NCBI GenBank assembly: GCA_951406725.2
Contig: OX597843.1
Coordinates: 20,522,001-20,586,000 of the forward strand
Source of the DNA: Octopus vulgaris
Lineage: Eukaryota
Direction of reading: 5' to 3'
DNA: 64,000 nucleotides
The translations under genes and the position numbers were made by a program. Shown piece after piece: positions 13,597-26,796 of this stretch (positions are counted from its first letter, which is position 1; each line of letters begins with the position of its first letter). A model generated the notes under the pieces. The model did no database searches. It was not told the origin of the DNA and saw only the letters and a program-made list of their open reading frames with translations.

Positions 13597-13641
13597 TTAC
13601 TTTTGACAATCTTTTTCCAAAGTGTGAAACCGGTTAAGTAA
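13597..13641 (+). ncRNA. Minimal type I hammerhead-like motif, U3-A8 core variant
   Basis: TTACTT TTGACAA TCTTTTTCCAAAGTGT GAAA CCGG TT AAGTAA; 6-bp stem I and palindromic stem III. Confidence 0.55.
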
Positions 13642-13678
13642 ATAAACATCTTTTAAATTGCATTTTCAAACCATCTTT

Positions 13679-13773
<95 letters not shown>

Positions 13774-13814
13774 GTGTATGTCTGTGTGTCTGTGTTTGTG
13801 TGTCTGTGTGTGTC

Positions 13815-13940
13815 TCCCCAACATCGCCTGACAACCAATGCTGGTGTGTGTACGTTCATGTAACTTGGCGGTTCGGCAAAAGAAACCGATAGAATAAGTA
13901 CTAGGCCTACAAAGAATGAGTCCTGGGGTAGATTTCATCG
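13815..13940 (+). mobile_element. SINE 3' half (same family as 26374-26795)
   Basis: gacaaccaatgctggtgtgt..gcggttcggcaaaaga..gatagaataagtact matches 26608-26710. Confidence 0.8.
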
Positions 13941-13944
13941 ATGT

Positions 13945-14610
13945 TTCTTTATTTCTCTCCCCTTAATGTCACTCTCTTTATAAAATTGATCAGTGTGTCC
14001 AATCTCAGCAAAATCCGAAGAAAAATGGTAAGGTTATATCATAAAACAGATTCCATGTGACCATTTACACGAAAATATCCCATAGACACTTAAATCTCAG
14101 TACATTATATGAATAACAGATGTTTCATACGTCGAAGTGCTTAATTTTGCTCACGGTTTAAATTTTCTTCAAAATCAGTCCATTATTTTATTGTGAATGA
14201 TTTGAGGATTTCCGCCTATCACTAGTTTAATTTTAAATTCTTCTACATGTCTCCGACATTAAACTTTACCTAAAAGTCAAAGTTCATCAAAATCGGATGA
14301 ATTCTGTAAAAGTTACTGTATAAAATAATAATCCTATGGGTGATTGCATGCAAAAAGCCTATTGATTTCTTAAAATCTCCCGCCCACGCGCAGATATCGA
14401 TTCTTTGTCAACTCTTCATGCTGGCATCAGCTAATACACATGAACTATAATCACGTATAAAATTTCTACAAAATCGATAAGAATGTGTCTAAGAAAATTC
14501 TTATTTGCATTTATACCTATTTCAAGCCATTTTGAATTAAATAAATACCTTCACCCTCTCCCCCACCAAACATTTACCTACACTTCATATTTCAATAAAT
14601 TCGGATAATA
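13945..14610 (+). repeat. Interspersed non-coding repeat with recurring caaaatcggatga units; paralog of 52890-53550
   Basis: Colinear similarity to 52890-53550 (ctcagcaaaatccgaagaaaa, ttttcttcaaaatcagt, cctaaaagtcaaagtt); ends where the RTE LINE begins. Confidence 0.8.
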
Positions 14611-14611
14611 A

Positions 14612-17600
14612 TAAGTTGCTGACCCGCCACAGGCCGCCTGCTTCATCGGGTGCTTGGAGCTAAGAGTTTGACTTGAAAACGGCCTGCAACCTCTGCACCA
14701 GGCAAACAACTAAAAGACAAGGAACCACCAATCCTGCGGTTAGCAAGCTTGAATGTCAGGACCATGTGCCCTGGCATATCTCATGATCTACTCAGGGTTG
14801 AAGACACAAGAAAGACAGCCATCATTGACCGTGAAATAAAGAGGCTTAACACAGACACTGCTGGGCTGCAAGAGACAAGACTTCCCTCAAATGGCAAACT
14901 CGAAGAACAGGATTTCACCTTCTTTTGGCAGGGAAGCGATCTAGAAGAACCTCGTCCGCATGGCGTTGGCTTTGCAGTGAGAAACTCATTACTCTCCTCA
15001 ATAGAACCACCATCAGGAGACACTGAGCGTATCCTCTCACTGCGCCTCTCGACTTCTTCTGGTTCAGTACATCTACTGAGCATCTATGCTCCCACTATCT
15101 ATAGCCCAGAGGAGACGAAGGACCAGTTCTACGAAGATCTCAACTGTGTCATTTAAAATATACCAACAAATGAAAACATCTACCTTCTAGGAGATTCGTG
15201 GCAAATTTGTGTGGGACACCCTGATATTGGCAAAATGAATGACAATGGTCAGAGACTACTTGAAATTTGCACATACCATAACCTGTGCAACACCAACACA
15301 TTCTTTGCCAACAAGACATCACACAAGGCATCTTGGAGAAATCCAAGATCTCACCACAGGCATCAGATGGATCTCATCATTACACGAAGATCCTTTCTGA
15401 ATTCTGTTCACCTGACCCGTATTTACCACACAAATCACTCACTAATTGGAAGCATGGTGAGGATCCTGCCTAAAAAAGTCCATCACTTCAAGAAAATGGG
15501 CCGACCACGCATTAACACTGCCAGAACCCCCGACCCTACACTGCGACAATGTTTTGCTATTTCTATCAAAGTTGCCCTCAGTAGCTGCCCAACCTCCTCT
15601 GCTGAAAGTAGGTGGAATTATATTAGGGAATCTTTGAATACCATAACAATAGATACTTTCGGCATGAGAGAAAGTCAAAACCCAGATTTTGTTCAGTGCT
15701 GGGCTCTCAGAGCTGGAACCAGTTATCAAAGCAAAGCGTGCAGCTCTGATGCAATACAAGAGTGATTCTTCTACAAAATCACTAGAATAAATCTGAAAGG
15801 CAAAAATATAACCCAAGTGAGAGCCAGACTCTGTGCAAACAGGTATTTGGCAGGTAATCTGTCAGAGTATCCAGTCAGCTGCCGACAATGGCGACAACCG
15901 TGGGGTGTATGCCGGTTTGAAGAAGGACCCTCGGTCCATCCGCAACCAAGTCAGCCCCTCTGAAATCAACTACTGGAGATCTCATCAAGGACCAAAGCAA
16001 GAAAATGGATAGATGGGTGGAGTACTACCAGGATCTCTACTCACGGGAGACCACGGTAGCTGAGGCTGCAATCGAGAGTGTCAAGATCTTGCCAGTCATG
16101 TGAGAACTTCACAGTCCACCATCTATAGCAGAGCTCACCAAGGCTATTGACTCCCTTGCAAGTAACAAGGCTCCGGTAAAAGACGGCATCCACTCAGAGA
16201 TAATCAAAGCCGGCAAAAACACCATCCTGCTTCGCACCATCATGAGCTTCTGTGTCAGTGCTGGGAAGAGGGTACAGTTCCTCAAGATATGCGGGATGCT
16301 AACATCATTAAGCTTTACAAAAACAAAGGTGACTCTGGTGATTGTAACAATTATCGTGGAATATCTCATCTACGCACTGTTGGAAAGACCTTTGCTCACG
16401 TTATCCTGCCCAGGGTACAACTGGTTGCTTCTCGAATTCATCCGAAATTGCTGTGTGGCTTTAGAAGGAGCAGATAAACTATGACATGATATTCTCCATA
16501 CGCCAACTTCAGGAGAAGTCCAGAGAGCAGAAAATTCCATTACATATGGCCTTCATTGGTAAGTAGAAAAGGCCTCTTCATCCTGCTCCAAAAGATCGGA
16601 TGTCCACCAAAGCTGCTGAGGATCATCAAATCTTTCCATGACGATATGCAAGGCACCATACAGCACAATCGTTCAACAACAGCCGCCTTCCAAATAAAAA
16701 AACGGAGTAACGCAAGGTTGTGTCCTTGTTCCTACATTATTTGGCATCTTCTTCTCGCTGCTGCTCTCACATGCCTTTCAGACATCAGATGATGGAGTGT
16801 TTCTGCAGAGTAGAAGTGACTGGAGACTGTTCAATCTTTCACGCCTGCGTGGCAAGACCAAAATCGGAAGCGTCCTGCTCAGGGAAATGCTATTTGCTGA
16901 TGATGCCGCTCTGGTATCACACACAGAAGAAGCCCTACAAAGGCTCATCACCTGTTGTGAGCAGGCATGTAAAGACTTTGGCTTACCTATCAGCCTCAAG
17001 AAGACCAACGTCATGGGTCTGGCTACACCGGACATCCCAAACATACATATTGGAGACCACAGATTACAGGAGGTGGGGAAGTTTTACCTATCTTGGCTCT
17101 ACCGTAACCTACAACCTACCCCTTGATGCTGAGCTCAATATACGCATTGGCAAAGCATCTGCTGTGATGGCCCAACTCTCGAAACGAGCATGGGTCAACA
17201 TTAAGCTGACCAAGAACACAAAAGTGAAGATTTACCAGGCATGTGTACTTAGCACTCAACTGTATGGAAGTGAGACTTGGACGCCATTCACACGCCAAGA
17301 GCGTCGCCTAAATATCTTTCATTTGCGCTGCCTCTGGAAAAGCATTCGCATCAAATAGCAGAATCATGTCCCCAACAAAGATGTCCTCAAGCAAGCAGGA
17401 ATACTAAGCATGTTTGCACTCCTCACACGTATGAGATGGCTTGGACGTGTTAGCCGTATTCAAGATGGCAGAATCCCCAAGGACATACTCTACGGAGAGC
17501 TTGATAGGGGCACTAGGTGTGCGGGTAGACCGTTCTTACGAGACAAGGATGTTTGCGAAAGGGACATGAAGGCCTGAAACATTAATATTAGCAACTAGGA

Positions 17601-17901
17601 AGTAGTTGTCAGCAAACGTGGAGATTGGCGACGTTCCGTAAAAGAGGGAATACAAAGTAGTAACGGAGAGAGAGGAGAAATGGAAAGGCAAGAAAAGACG
17701 TCAACAAGAAACTATGACATTACAACCAGCCAGGAAAAGTCTTCGCTACATTTGCAGCACCTGCCAGAGGAAGTGTTTGTCCAGGATACGACTACGCAGC
17801 CACAGCAGGAAATGTATTAGGACATGAAATGTAAAAAGCCGGACTAGATTATTTTATGCGCAACTCCATTGTCTCCCGAGACAAAAAGGATGCCAACAAC
17901 A
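14612..17901 (+). mobile_element. RTE-clade LINE, near full length, degenerate (APE endonuclease plus RT)
   Basis: NVRTM..GLQETRL..GVGFAV..SIYAPT (APE); LYKNKGD..DCNNYRGIS; MLFADDAALV; YLGS; LYGSETW; short (CAA)n tail at ~17894-17901. Confidence 0.95.
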
Positions 17902-17996
17902 ATTTTAATTATCAGTGTAACAAAATAAATAAGTTAACATTTTTAATGTCCTAAAGTTGATGAACCAACTATTGTTCTCCTCCATTTTCTTATTTG

Positions 17997-18032
<36 letters not shown>

Positions 18033-18126
18033 ATATAATATAATATAAAGTTATATCTTGAGTGACAACAACGCTCAAGATATACAACGGACTGGAAATA
18101 GAAGTGCTCTAATGAGCTGTATACAC

Positions 18127-18250
18127 TTTTTTTATATCCGAGGGGAGGCAATGCGAGCAACGACTACAGGACCATCACAAAATCTACAGAAACACCAAAT
18201 ACATACAAATCTTCATATACTCATTTATATCTATAATGCCCGACATTTAA
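18127..18250 (+). repeat. Short interspersed repeat with an inverted copy at 24133-24258
   Basis: atccgaggggaggcaatgcgagcaacgactacaggaccatcacaaaatc..aaatcttcatatactcatttatat is the reverse complement of the 24133-24258 segment. Confidence 0.8.
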
Positions 18251-18271
18251 AAATTTAAAAATTTAGTAAGG

Positions 18272-18600
18272 GTAAAGACCCCCTTCGGTCATGAGTGACC
18301 ATGAGTTTGCACCTAGAAAATTACCCTCCTAGACAAAAGTCCGGGCAAGATTGTTTATGGAAGACCAGCAGTCGCCCATTCATACCAGCCTCCCCTCTCC
18401 ACGCCACCAGTGTTATCCAAGGGAAAGACAAAGGTCGATACAGCTTGGCACCAGTGACGTCGCAACTCATTTCTACAGCTGAGTGAACTGGAACAACGTG
18501 AAGTAAAGTGCCTTGCTCAAGAACACAACACGCAGCCCGGTCCGGGATTCAAGCTCACAACCTCACGATCGTAAGCTCGACGCTCTAACCACTGAGCCAT
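18272..18600 (-). mobile_element. tRNA-derived SINE
   Basis: Minus strand starts atggctcagtggttagagcg (A box) with a B-box-like gcttgaatccc; body shared with 25416-25720. Confidence 0.9.
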
Positions 18601-18639
18601 AATAAATAAATATATCATATAAAAATATAAATTTTGCAT

Positions 18640-20800
18640 ATAACACCTTGAATCTATGGAGTGGCAGCGGCTTGAAATAGGTATTGCAGCCGGATGCACG
18701 ATATCAGTCATCTTATTCGTGCTAATCATGGAAATGCTACTCAGATCTACAAACTGTGAGAAAGCTGTTACTAAGACACCATTAAGGGCTTTTATGGACG
18801 ACATAACTATATAATCGGAGAGTAGAGAAGAAGCAGAGGAAACGCTTGAGCGATTGGACGAACTGATAGGATGGGCAAGGATGAAATTCAAAGCCAAAAA
18901 CTCTCGAAGCGTGGCTTTCGTGAAAGGAAGGCAAGAAGTGAAATTTATGATAGGAAGTGAAGACATACACACAGTGATAGAAAAACCAGTAAAGTGTCTC
19001 GGCAGATGGTATAGAGATTTACTAAATGATAGGAAGCAAGGGAAATAAACACACGAGTTAGAAGAACAAGGATTAAATGCAATTGACAGAACAACGCTGC
19101 TGGGAAAATTCAAATGTTGGATACTGCAATTTGGGCTGTACCCAAGAATAATGTGGCCATTGCAAATGTACGAAATAGCCTCAAGAAGAGTAGAAAGGAT
19201 GGAACAAAGATGCAGTGTGTTTATCAGAAAATGGCTAGACCTGCCGAAACCACTGAATACAACTGCACTATATGGAAAAGCCGTGCTGCAACTACCAATA
19301 ACATCAATCGCCGAAGACTATAAGGCAGGAAAGGCAAGGACAGTAATGATGCTAAGGTATTCAAAAGATCAGAGTATCCGGGAAAACCCTCCAAAGGTAC
19401 GAACAGGGAGGAAATAGAAGGCGGAAGAGGCAGTAAACCGGGCGATAGGAAAACTAAAGCACGCAGATATAGTCGGAGCGACGCAAGAAGCTACAACCGG
19501 CCTAGGGTCGCAAAATTTCAGGCCATTTTGCAAGAGCAGTGTAAAAGAGATGAAAGAGGCATTGGTATACGAAGTGAGAAATGAGCAAGAGGAAAGGCGA
19601 AATGTACATTTTGTTTGATGCAGTTAAAATTGACAATGCCTGAGATCAACCGCAGAATATCATGCAAGGAACTTTGGGCTTGGGAACAAGCAAGAACATC
19701 CTTCCTGATCAAGTCTACTTCCGACGTTCTACCTTCACCGGCGAACTTAGTCCGGTTGAACATAAACAAAACTGATGACTGTAGATGCGGAGAGAAAGCG
19801 ACGGTTAGACATGTTCTATCAAATTGCAGACTAGCACTTGAAAGATATACTTGGCAACATAATCAAGTCCTCAGCGTCATAAGCCTAGCACTCAAGGAGA
19901 AGATCGAGAGGTACATTAGGGGAGAGTACCCAAAAGTAGAAAAGCGCAGGAAAGTATACTTCCACAGGGAGGGAAAAGACCTACAAGTAAAGTATACAAG
20001 ATAGATGAAAGATTGAAGGGATACTGGGAGGTGGCCACGGACTTGGAAAGACAAGTAGTATTTCCACTAATAAAAACAACAAAAAGACCGGACTTAGTTC
20101 TATGGAACAGAGACCGGGGAATGGGAATTTTACTAGAACTGACAGTACTTTGGGAAGAGAACATCGGCAATAAAACTAAAGGAGAAGCGATACGAAAAGC
20201 TAATCGAAGAATGCAGAGAACAGGGATGGAATGTCGAATATTATCACCTGGCAATGAGGGCTAGAGGCTTCTTTGAAAAGAAAATGACAACGCTTTTCAA
20301 AAGAAGATTTGTTGTTTCTAGCCCCGAGCTGCGTAAACTAATAAGGAGAGTACAGGAGGTGGTCGAAAAAGCCAGCTTCTATATATGGCTGAAGCGGGAA
20401 GACCGAAAATGGCTTGAAAATCATAAACACGCCGACGGGAAATAACATCGTTAGGTGAGACTGGCTGACTGAATCAGCTTCGCTGACTGACAGGTGAGGG
20501 TCGTTTAGAAAAAGCGCGGGCTAAAACTACGCACCTTCTCTAGTCAGTTAAGGTGAGATAGTGTCATGTGACAAGTGGCTGGGGCCTATGCGGCAGGTAC
20601 TTAAAGAGAGAAATTTGAGAAGACAGTCAGTCACCGGCTGACACTCGCTGACGATACGTCGAAGAGGCCAGGGAAAAGAAGAACGAAGACATGTACCCAA
20701 CACCAGAGCTGAAGACACCTCCGATAGGGGGGGGGGAATCAAAACGGTAGAGGAGTAGGGGCCGAAACCGGACGTGGTTCCTCCTGATGATGTGTTGAGC
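18640..20800 (+). mobile_element. HERO-like (R2 superfamily, RLE) non-LTR retrotransposon, 5'-truncated and degenerate
   Basis: GIAAGCTIS, AFMDDIT, WARMKFKAKNSRS, WPLQMYEI, DVLPSPANL, CRCGEKATVRHVLSNC..RYTWQHNQVL, KRPDLVLW..LELTVLWEEN. Confidence 0.9.
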
Positions 20801-20989
20801 TAACTGGATCCTATAAAGGTGCTGTTGGGGTAGCAGACCACGAAACACTGTTGTAATTCTTAAGTATAAATTTGTTATAATAAGAGAAATAAATAGAATA
20901 ATAATAAATAAAAATAAAGCATACAATGGCAAATTAAAAGACGAATTAAAATTCTAGCGAAATGTACATAGAAGATACTAATTATACAA

Positions 20990-23900
20990 TTTAGAAAAAT
21001 ATAAGTTTACAAAGATACACAGAAGTCCCTCTACGGGCAGTTTCGGAGACGCGCCTATTAATATTAGTCAATTCATATACTTAAAATTGGCACACCCCTC
21101 ATCAGGATATCCTATACATACAACACATAGTAAACGTGAACAAATACACAATTACATACCGGCCATATTCAGAAACGAGACATTACGTACTCCCAGAAAT
21201 TTTTCTCCGATCCTGAATGCTATTTTATATGCATATAATTCGATCCAGCGGCCATAGTGAATGATATGCACACAGCGCCATCTGGACCATTTCACTTCTG
21301 CACTTATTTTATTATATTTTTCTTCAATCTTATAAGTTCTCACATACATGCAAAGCCACATATTCGGGTTCAAGTCCTTGACCCTTTTTATACTAATAGC
21401 TATTTTTTCTTTTAATAATTACATTACTTTACTTTTATTTCATTTACTACTTACTATACTTACTAAATTTAATTCAATTGTTATTGCTTAGCTCTAACTT
21501 TTATTGCTATTTCTATTTCTAAATTTCTTATAGAACGTCGAGTGGATCTTATGCGTACACGCCGGTATTGCATCAGTGAACTTATTTAACACTGCGTTGT
21601 TGTAATTTTTCAATATAGTGTATGCTTCCTTTATGCATAAACCGCATCTAGTGGACCCAATTCTATAAGGGGAGGCATGCGCAAGGATAGGCCATAATAT
21701 TTTTTTAATTCATCATTCCTTTCCTTAAGGTCATTAACATGTAATGCCAATGTTGTAGAGGTCCTATATTTAGGATTGTTGAAAGAGCTCAGGTGGGATC
21801 GATACCTCTGCTTAAAGTCTACTGTGCTTCCAATATATATTTTTCTCTGGCATTCTTGAGCATCAACACTACATTTATAAACTACATTTTCCTGGCGACA
21901 ATTTCCGCTAATCGACATACTGATGAGCCCCCTACAATTACATTTCTTCAACCTGCTACGGGGTCTCGTATTACTGTTCACTCCGAAACCATGCCCCCTC
22001 CCAGTACTAGGATCCACCATATCATTTACACCATCGTTCGTACTATTTTCATGTATATGTATTGTTATATGTATATGTATTGTTATTCTTACTATTACCA
22101 TCATTCTTATTTTTATTTTTACTAATATTTGTATTACCATTATCACTACAATTAACACTATTATTACCACCCTGATAATCATTATAATCACTAATATCAT
22201 CACCAACATCATTATTATGATTATCTCTACTATTTGCATTATTTGTCATTCCAATACGCCCTTCATAATCGATTTCAGAAGACGTACTATTAATATTACT
22301 ACTATCTTCTATGTCGTTAATGAATTTTCCATTAAAGCTTCTGTCATCATTTCTATCATTATAGCGCCTTATTTTACTTCTGTTCAACGAAGCAACAATA
22401 GATCCGACATTGGGAGTGTCTGAGTAGGCCAACTTGATTGTTGACTTGTTACATATTGAATAGTACTTATGATGTTTTGGGATAATTTCCTTCAATAACT
22501 TTAAAAATAGCTTTGGTAAACCTTTCACCCTTAATGAAAAGGGAGAGGCAAACCAAGTAACTTGACGAATCCTAGACGTAGTATTAATAATGGGATTACA
22601 ATATGTTGCTTGACTTGAGTTAAGGCCATTCTGTATCTATTAGTAATATTTATATCTTTATTTTTACTACTATTAGTATTATTCTTATTCCTATTTTCAC
22701 CTTCACTAGACCTAAGCCCAACTTTAAACCTCAATTCACATTTATGACTCCTATTATTTGCAACCCTTTCCCTCCCGTTGCTGTTATCATCCATGGTATT
22801 TTCATCATTACAATTCTCATTATTAACCTTATTAACGTGGTTACCATTTACAAAACCAACCACATCACATTTATTTCTCTTATTTCCAAATCTCATTTTA
22901 TCAGCATAAATATTGGTCATTATCAGCTTGTTGCGAGTTCCTTGGGGATCATGAGGGGAGCCTCTGCTATCCGAAATCCGTTTCATATCGTCGCTGACCA
23001 TGCTGGACAATTTAATTTTTAATTTTGTATTGTGTAATTTTGTATTCAATATTATTTGTGAACCCACTCAATTTTAAGGCATTGTTGTATATTGGGGCGT
23101 GTTGATTAAAGATGTCTTTATTCGCCGATAGGTTTGAGATTCTGATAGAAATTGCAATTACAATGCTATTGATGGTCGATTTGGGATGATTTGAGTAAAC
23201 ATTGAGATATCGGAAAGATTGGTTTGGTTTTCGGAAAGGGTAGTGTAAGGGAGTATTCAGATCGAGAGTGATATCGAAGAAATTTGCCAATTTAGGATTA
23301 TTCTCAAAAACGATGCTCAAATTATAAAAGTCCTTGAGAGATTCTCTAAGGTCCTTCTTCATTCTTTCAATCTGAGGATTTGAATTATTAGAGACGATGA
23401 AAAATGCGTCATCCCAATAAATCCCTCCGGATAGCGATGGGAAAAACCGCTTAAACTTATCTAAGAAAAATAGACCAACAATATCCGTTACTTGAGCCGA
23501 GTCCGATAATCCCATAGTGATGTCGAATAAAATAAAAGAATCCGATTTAGACAAGTGGTATTTCCATAATTTATCAGAGTCATTCTTGCTGCTTGAATAA
23601 TATCAATATCTAGATTCGATATTTCAACAAAGTTCCGGGCTAAAATGATTGCTTTATTCAGTAAGATGGGAGAGATCAAGGAGTAGTAATTCGAAATATC
23701 AAATTGTACAAATGAAGATGAGTCATCACATTTAATTGTGTGAAACCACTATAAAACATCATTGGTAGATTCCCATAAGGGCAACATCGTCCTTTCACTT
23801 ATCACTGGAATAATTCTATCCAATATGGATTTGCTGATTCTACCCAAGTCAGATTTAGTTGGGCAAATTAATCGTATTGACAGTTTGGCAAGAAAATCTT

Positions 23901-25100
23901 TTTAATGGGCCTTTAGGGTGCAGTGCGGGGTCTTAGGATCATAAGGTTGCGTGCGGTCAAGGATTCCTAATTCAGAAATTAAGTCGTAGTGTCTATTATT
24001 AATGTCGGTAAGAGCCGATTTCTTGGCGATTTTGTGTTTAGCGTGCAGCTCTTTGGATATCAATTTATCATAAGTTTCATAAGGCACTGAATAAATATTC
24101 CCTGTTTTATCAGAAAGAATGTGTAGATTAGGATCTAAATGTTGGGCTATATATATATATAAATGAGTATATGAAGATTTGTATGTGTTTGGTCTTTCTG
24201 TGGATTTTGTGATGCTCCTGTGGTTGTTGCTCCCATTGCCCCCCCCTCGGATAAAAAGTTATATATATATATATATATTTATATATATGTATGTATATAT
24301 GCGGAGCAAAACTATATACAAATTTGTTGTTCACGATGCACCTAAATTTGGATTTTTTAAAAAATAACCTTATTTGAATTGTTTTTAAATAACCTTATTT
24401 ACATACATACCAAATTAGTTTCAACAATACTTAAATAATGAACTAGAAAAACTTGTTTCAATGTTTACAAGTTTCAGTATTAAGAAATATGATTTAAATA
24501 TTCATAACATTCAATAATATAAAAAATGTGGAAGATCTTGTTTGAATGCATAAAATTCAAAAGATCGATTAGAAATGTGGATCATCAGAGTTTCGGCCAT
24601 ACAGAGTTAAGAAGGAGGAGAAAACAAGGGAGAAATGGAGATAGTGGAATAAGGGAAATCTTTGAGCACAGTCCCTGTGAATCATTTTCCGTTGAGTGCA
24701 AGGACTTTTGCTTGTAACGGCGTTTTTTGGAATTGGATGTGTTTACAATTATATCCGTGAACCGATCTGATATTTGATTCATTAAATTACAGGTGGCGTC
24801 TAATTTTTCTGGTGGGCAAGGTTGTGGTTCTGTCTGATTGACTTCCCTGTGGGGGATGGGCATAAGCCATTCCAGTTGGTTGATTCTCTTAAAGCGTCAC
24901 TTTGTTGTGTTTGCTCAAGTTCGGTTCTGATCAGATGTAAAATTTCAATGATTTATGTGACATCAGCAACTGGTGTTTATATGGTGGTATTGTATGGCGA
25001 TTTGGATTTGCTATTTCGAAACCCGCGTTGATGACTGGTACTAAAGATTTTTGAATTATGTCTGTTGTATCTCGGTTTTTTATTGTGGAAAAATTGTTTC
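20990..25100 (-). mobile_element. Penelope-like element (RT plus C-terminal GIY-YIG; Neptune/Nematis-type) with Asn-rich linkers, degenerate
   Basis: LSDKTGNIY, FDISNYYS, ITMGLSDSAQVTDIVG, IYWDDAF, FFDITLDL..SNHP, CNCR..GNC..NVVYKC..IYIGST..FKQRYRSH. Interrupted by a short repeat at 24133-24300. Confidence 0.9.
21027..21112 (-). ncRNA. Hammerhead-like motif in the 3' terminal region of the Penelope element
   Basis: Reverse complement: CTGATGA GGGGTGTGCC-long loop-GGCGCGTCTCC GAAA C TGCCC G TA; stem II good, stem I weak. Confidence 0.55.
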
Positions 25101-25227
25101 TTTTTCCTTTTTCTGTTTAGTGTTTAAACAGAGGTGAATAAGAGAGAATGAATTAAACGATATTCTTTATTCCATAACACTACCATTGTATATTGTTCAG
25201 ATGATATAATTAATATATATATTAACA

Positions 25228-25415
25228 CAGAGGGGACAAACAAGGACAGACAAAGGGATTAAGTCGACTACATCGACCCCAGTGCGTGACTGGTACTTAA
25301 TTTATCGACCCCGACAGGATGAAAGGCAAATTCGACCTCGGCGGAATTTGAACTCGGAACGTAACGACAGACGAAATACGGCTCCGAATTTCGCCCGACG
25401 TGCTAACATTTCTAC
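25228..25415 (-). mobile_element. tRNA-derived SINE
   Basis: Minus strand: ggtagaaatgttagcacg..gagttcaaattccgccgaggtcg..cctttcatcct..ggggtcgat (B box gttcaaattcc). Confidence 0.8.
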
Positions 25416-25720
25416 CAGTGGTTAGAGCGTGGAGCTTACAATCATGAGGTTGTGAGTTCGAATCCCGGACCGGGCTGGGTGTTGTATTCTTGAGCAAGAC
25501 CCTTTATTTCGCGTTACTCTAGTTCACTCAGCTGTAGAAATGAATTGCGACGTCACAGGTTCCAAGTTGTATCGGCAGTTGCCTCTCCCTTATATAGAGA
25601 TGTGAGGCCGGTATGCATGGGCGACTGCTGGTCTTCCATAAACAAACTTGCCCTGACTTGTGCCTGGGAGGGTAACTTTCTAGGTGCAATCCCACGGTTA
25701 GTCATGACCGACGGGGGTCT
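25416..25720 (+). mobile_element. tRNA-derived SINE, same family as 18272-18600
   Basis: cagtggttagagcgtgg..gagttcgaatcccggaccgggctg (A and B boxes). Confidence 0.9.
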
Positions 25721-26008
25721 CAGCTCAATCCTTACCATCTATCGTAGGTGTAAAATATGCTTTAAGTGAGTATTTCAATAAGTTCTACGTTAGGTCATAC
25801 TATCATTTCATAGACACATGTTCCACCTTTGATGAATGGCAGTGATCACACAAGATCTTAACCATATCATCTCATCAATGAACTACAGGAGTGATGTATA
25901 GACACAATTGCAGGGATATGGAATAAAGAATGTCGTTGAAACCATTCGCTTATTCCTCATCAGCTATGTATGTATGTATGTACGTATGTATGTATGTATG
26001 TATGTATG

Positions 26009-26040
<32 letters not shown>

Positions 26041-26319
26041 TGTATGTATGTATGTATGTATGTATGTGTGTGCCTCTCTTTCCTCTTTTACTTGTTTCAG
26101 CAACTCCTTGTAGTATGAAATTTGAACGAATCGAGATCACTAACTATTCTTTTAAACCCTGGTACTTACCCTGTCGGCCGCTTATGCGAAATCGCTAACT
26201 GAAGAGGAATTAAACGCACTAACATAGGTTGTGAAGAAGTAGTGAGTACAAACATAGAGACTAAGTCACACACACACACTCGCACACATATGTATATTAT
26301 ATAAGTATATATATATATA

Positions 26320-26373
<54 letters not shown>

Positions 26374-26375
<2 letters not shown>

Positions 26376-26795
26376 CTCAGGAGTGACTGTGTGGTAAGTA
26401 GCTTGCTAACCATCCACATGGTTCCGGGTTCAGCCCCACTGCGTTGCATCTTGGGCAAGTGTCTTCTACGATAGCCTCGGGCCGACCAAATTCTTGTGAG
26501 TGGATTTGGTAGACGGAAACTGAAAAGAAGCCCGTCGTATATATGTATATATATATGCGTGTGTGTGTATGTTTGTGTGTCTGTGTTTGTCCCCCTAGCA
26601 TTGCTTGACCACCGATGCTGGTGTGTTTACGTCGCTTTCAATTAGCGGTTCGGCAAAAGAGACTGATAGAATAAGTACTGGGCTTACAAAGAATAAGTCC
26701 CGGGGTCGATTTGCTCGACTAAAAGGCGGTGCTCAAGCATGGCCGCAGTCAAATGACTGAAACAAGTAAAAGAGTAAAAGAGGGAGTAAAGAGTA
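26374..26795 (+). mobile_element. Full-length tRNA-derived SINE with internal microsatellite and (AAAGAGT)n tail
   Basis: ggctcaggagtgactgtgtggtaagtagc..ggttcagcccc head; tail gaaacaagtaaaagagtaaaagag. Confidence 0.9.
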
Positions 26796-26796
26796 T

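Larger units (their letters stand above)
10310..13672 (+). mobile_element. 5'-truncated Penelope-like element: inverted pLTR, GIY-YIG 3' fragment, then pLTR
   Basis: Near-identical inverted arms of about 890 bp (10345-11237 and 12794-13672) bracket a GIY-YIG fragment NLLYVIRCEGCHEDYIGQT..RERMTVHRQQ..RESNLIQKYRPQLN. Confidence 0.9.

Noticed and set aside
10818-13938. Long His/Thr- and Cys/Val/Tyr-rich ORFs (up to 228 aa)
   Set aside because: Translations of (CA)/(TG)/(TA) microsatellites in several frames; no domain signal.
18540-18600. tRNA genes here and at 25416, 26374 and 56150
   Set aside because: A/B boxes continue into SINE bodies and no complete cloverleaf is evident.
18127-24258. 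Composite transposon bounded by 125-bp inverted repeats around SINE, HERO and Penelope
   Set aside because: The Penelope ORF continues past the right repeat to ~25100, so that repeat is an insertion into it; no TSD seen.
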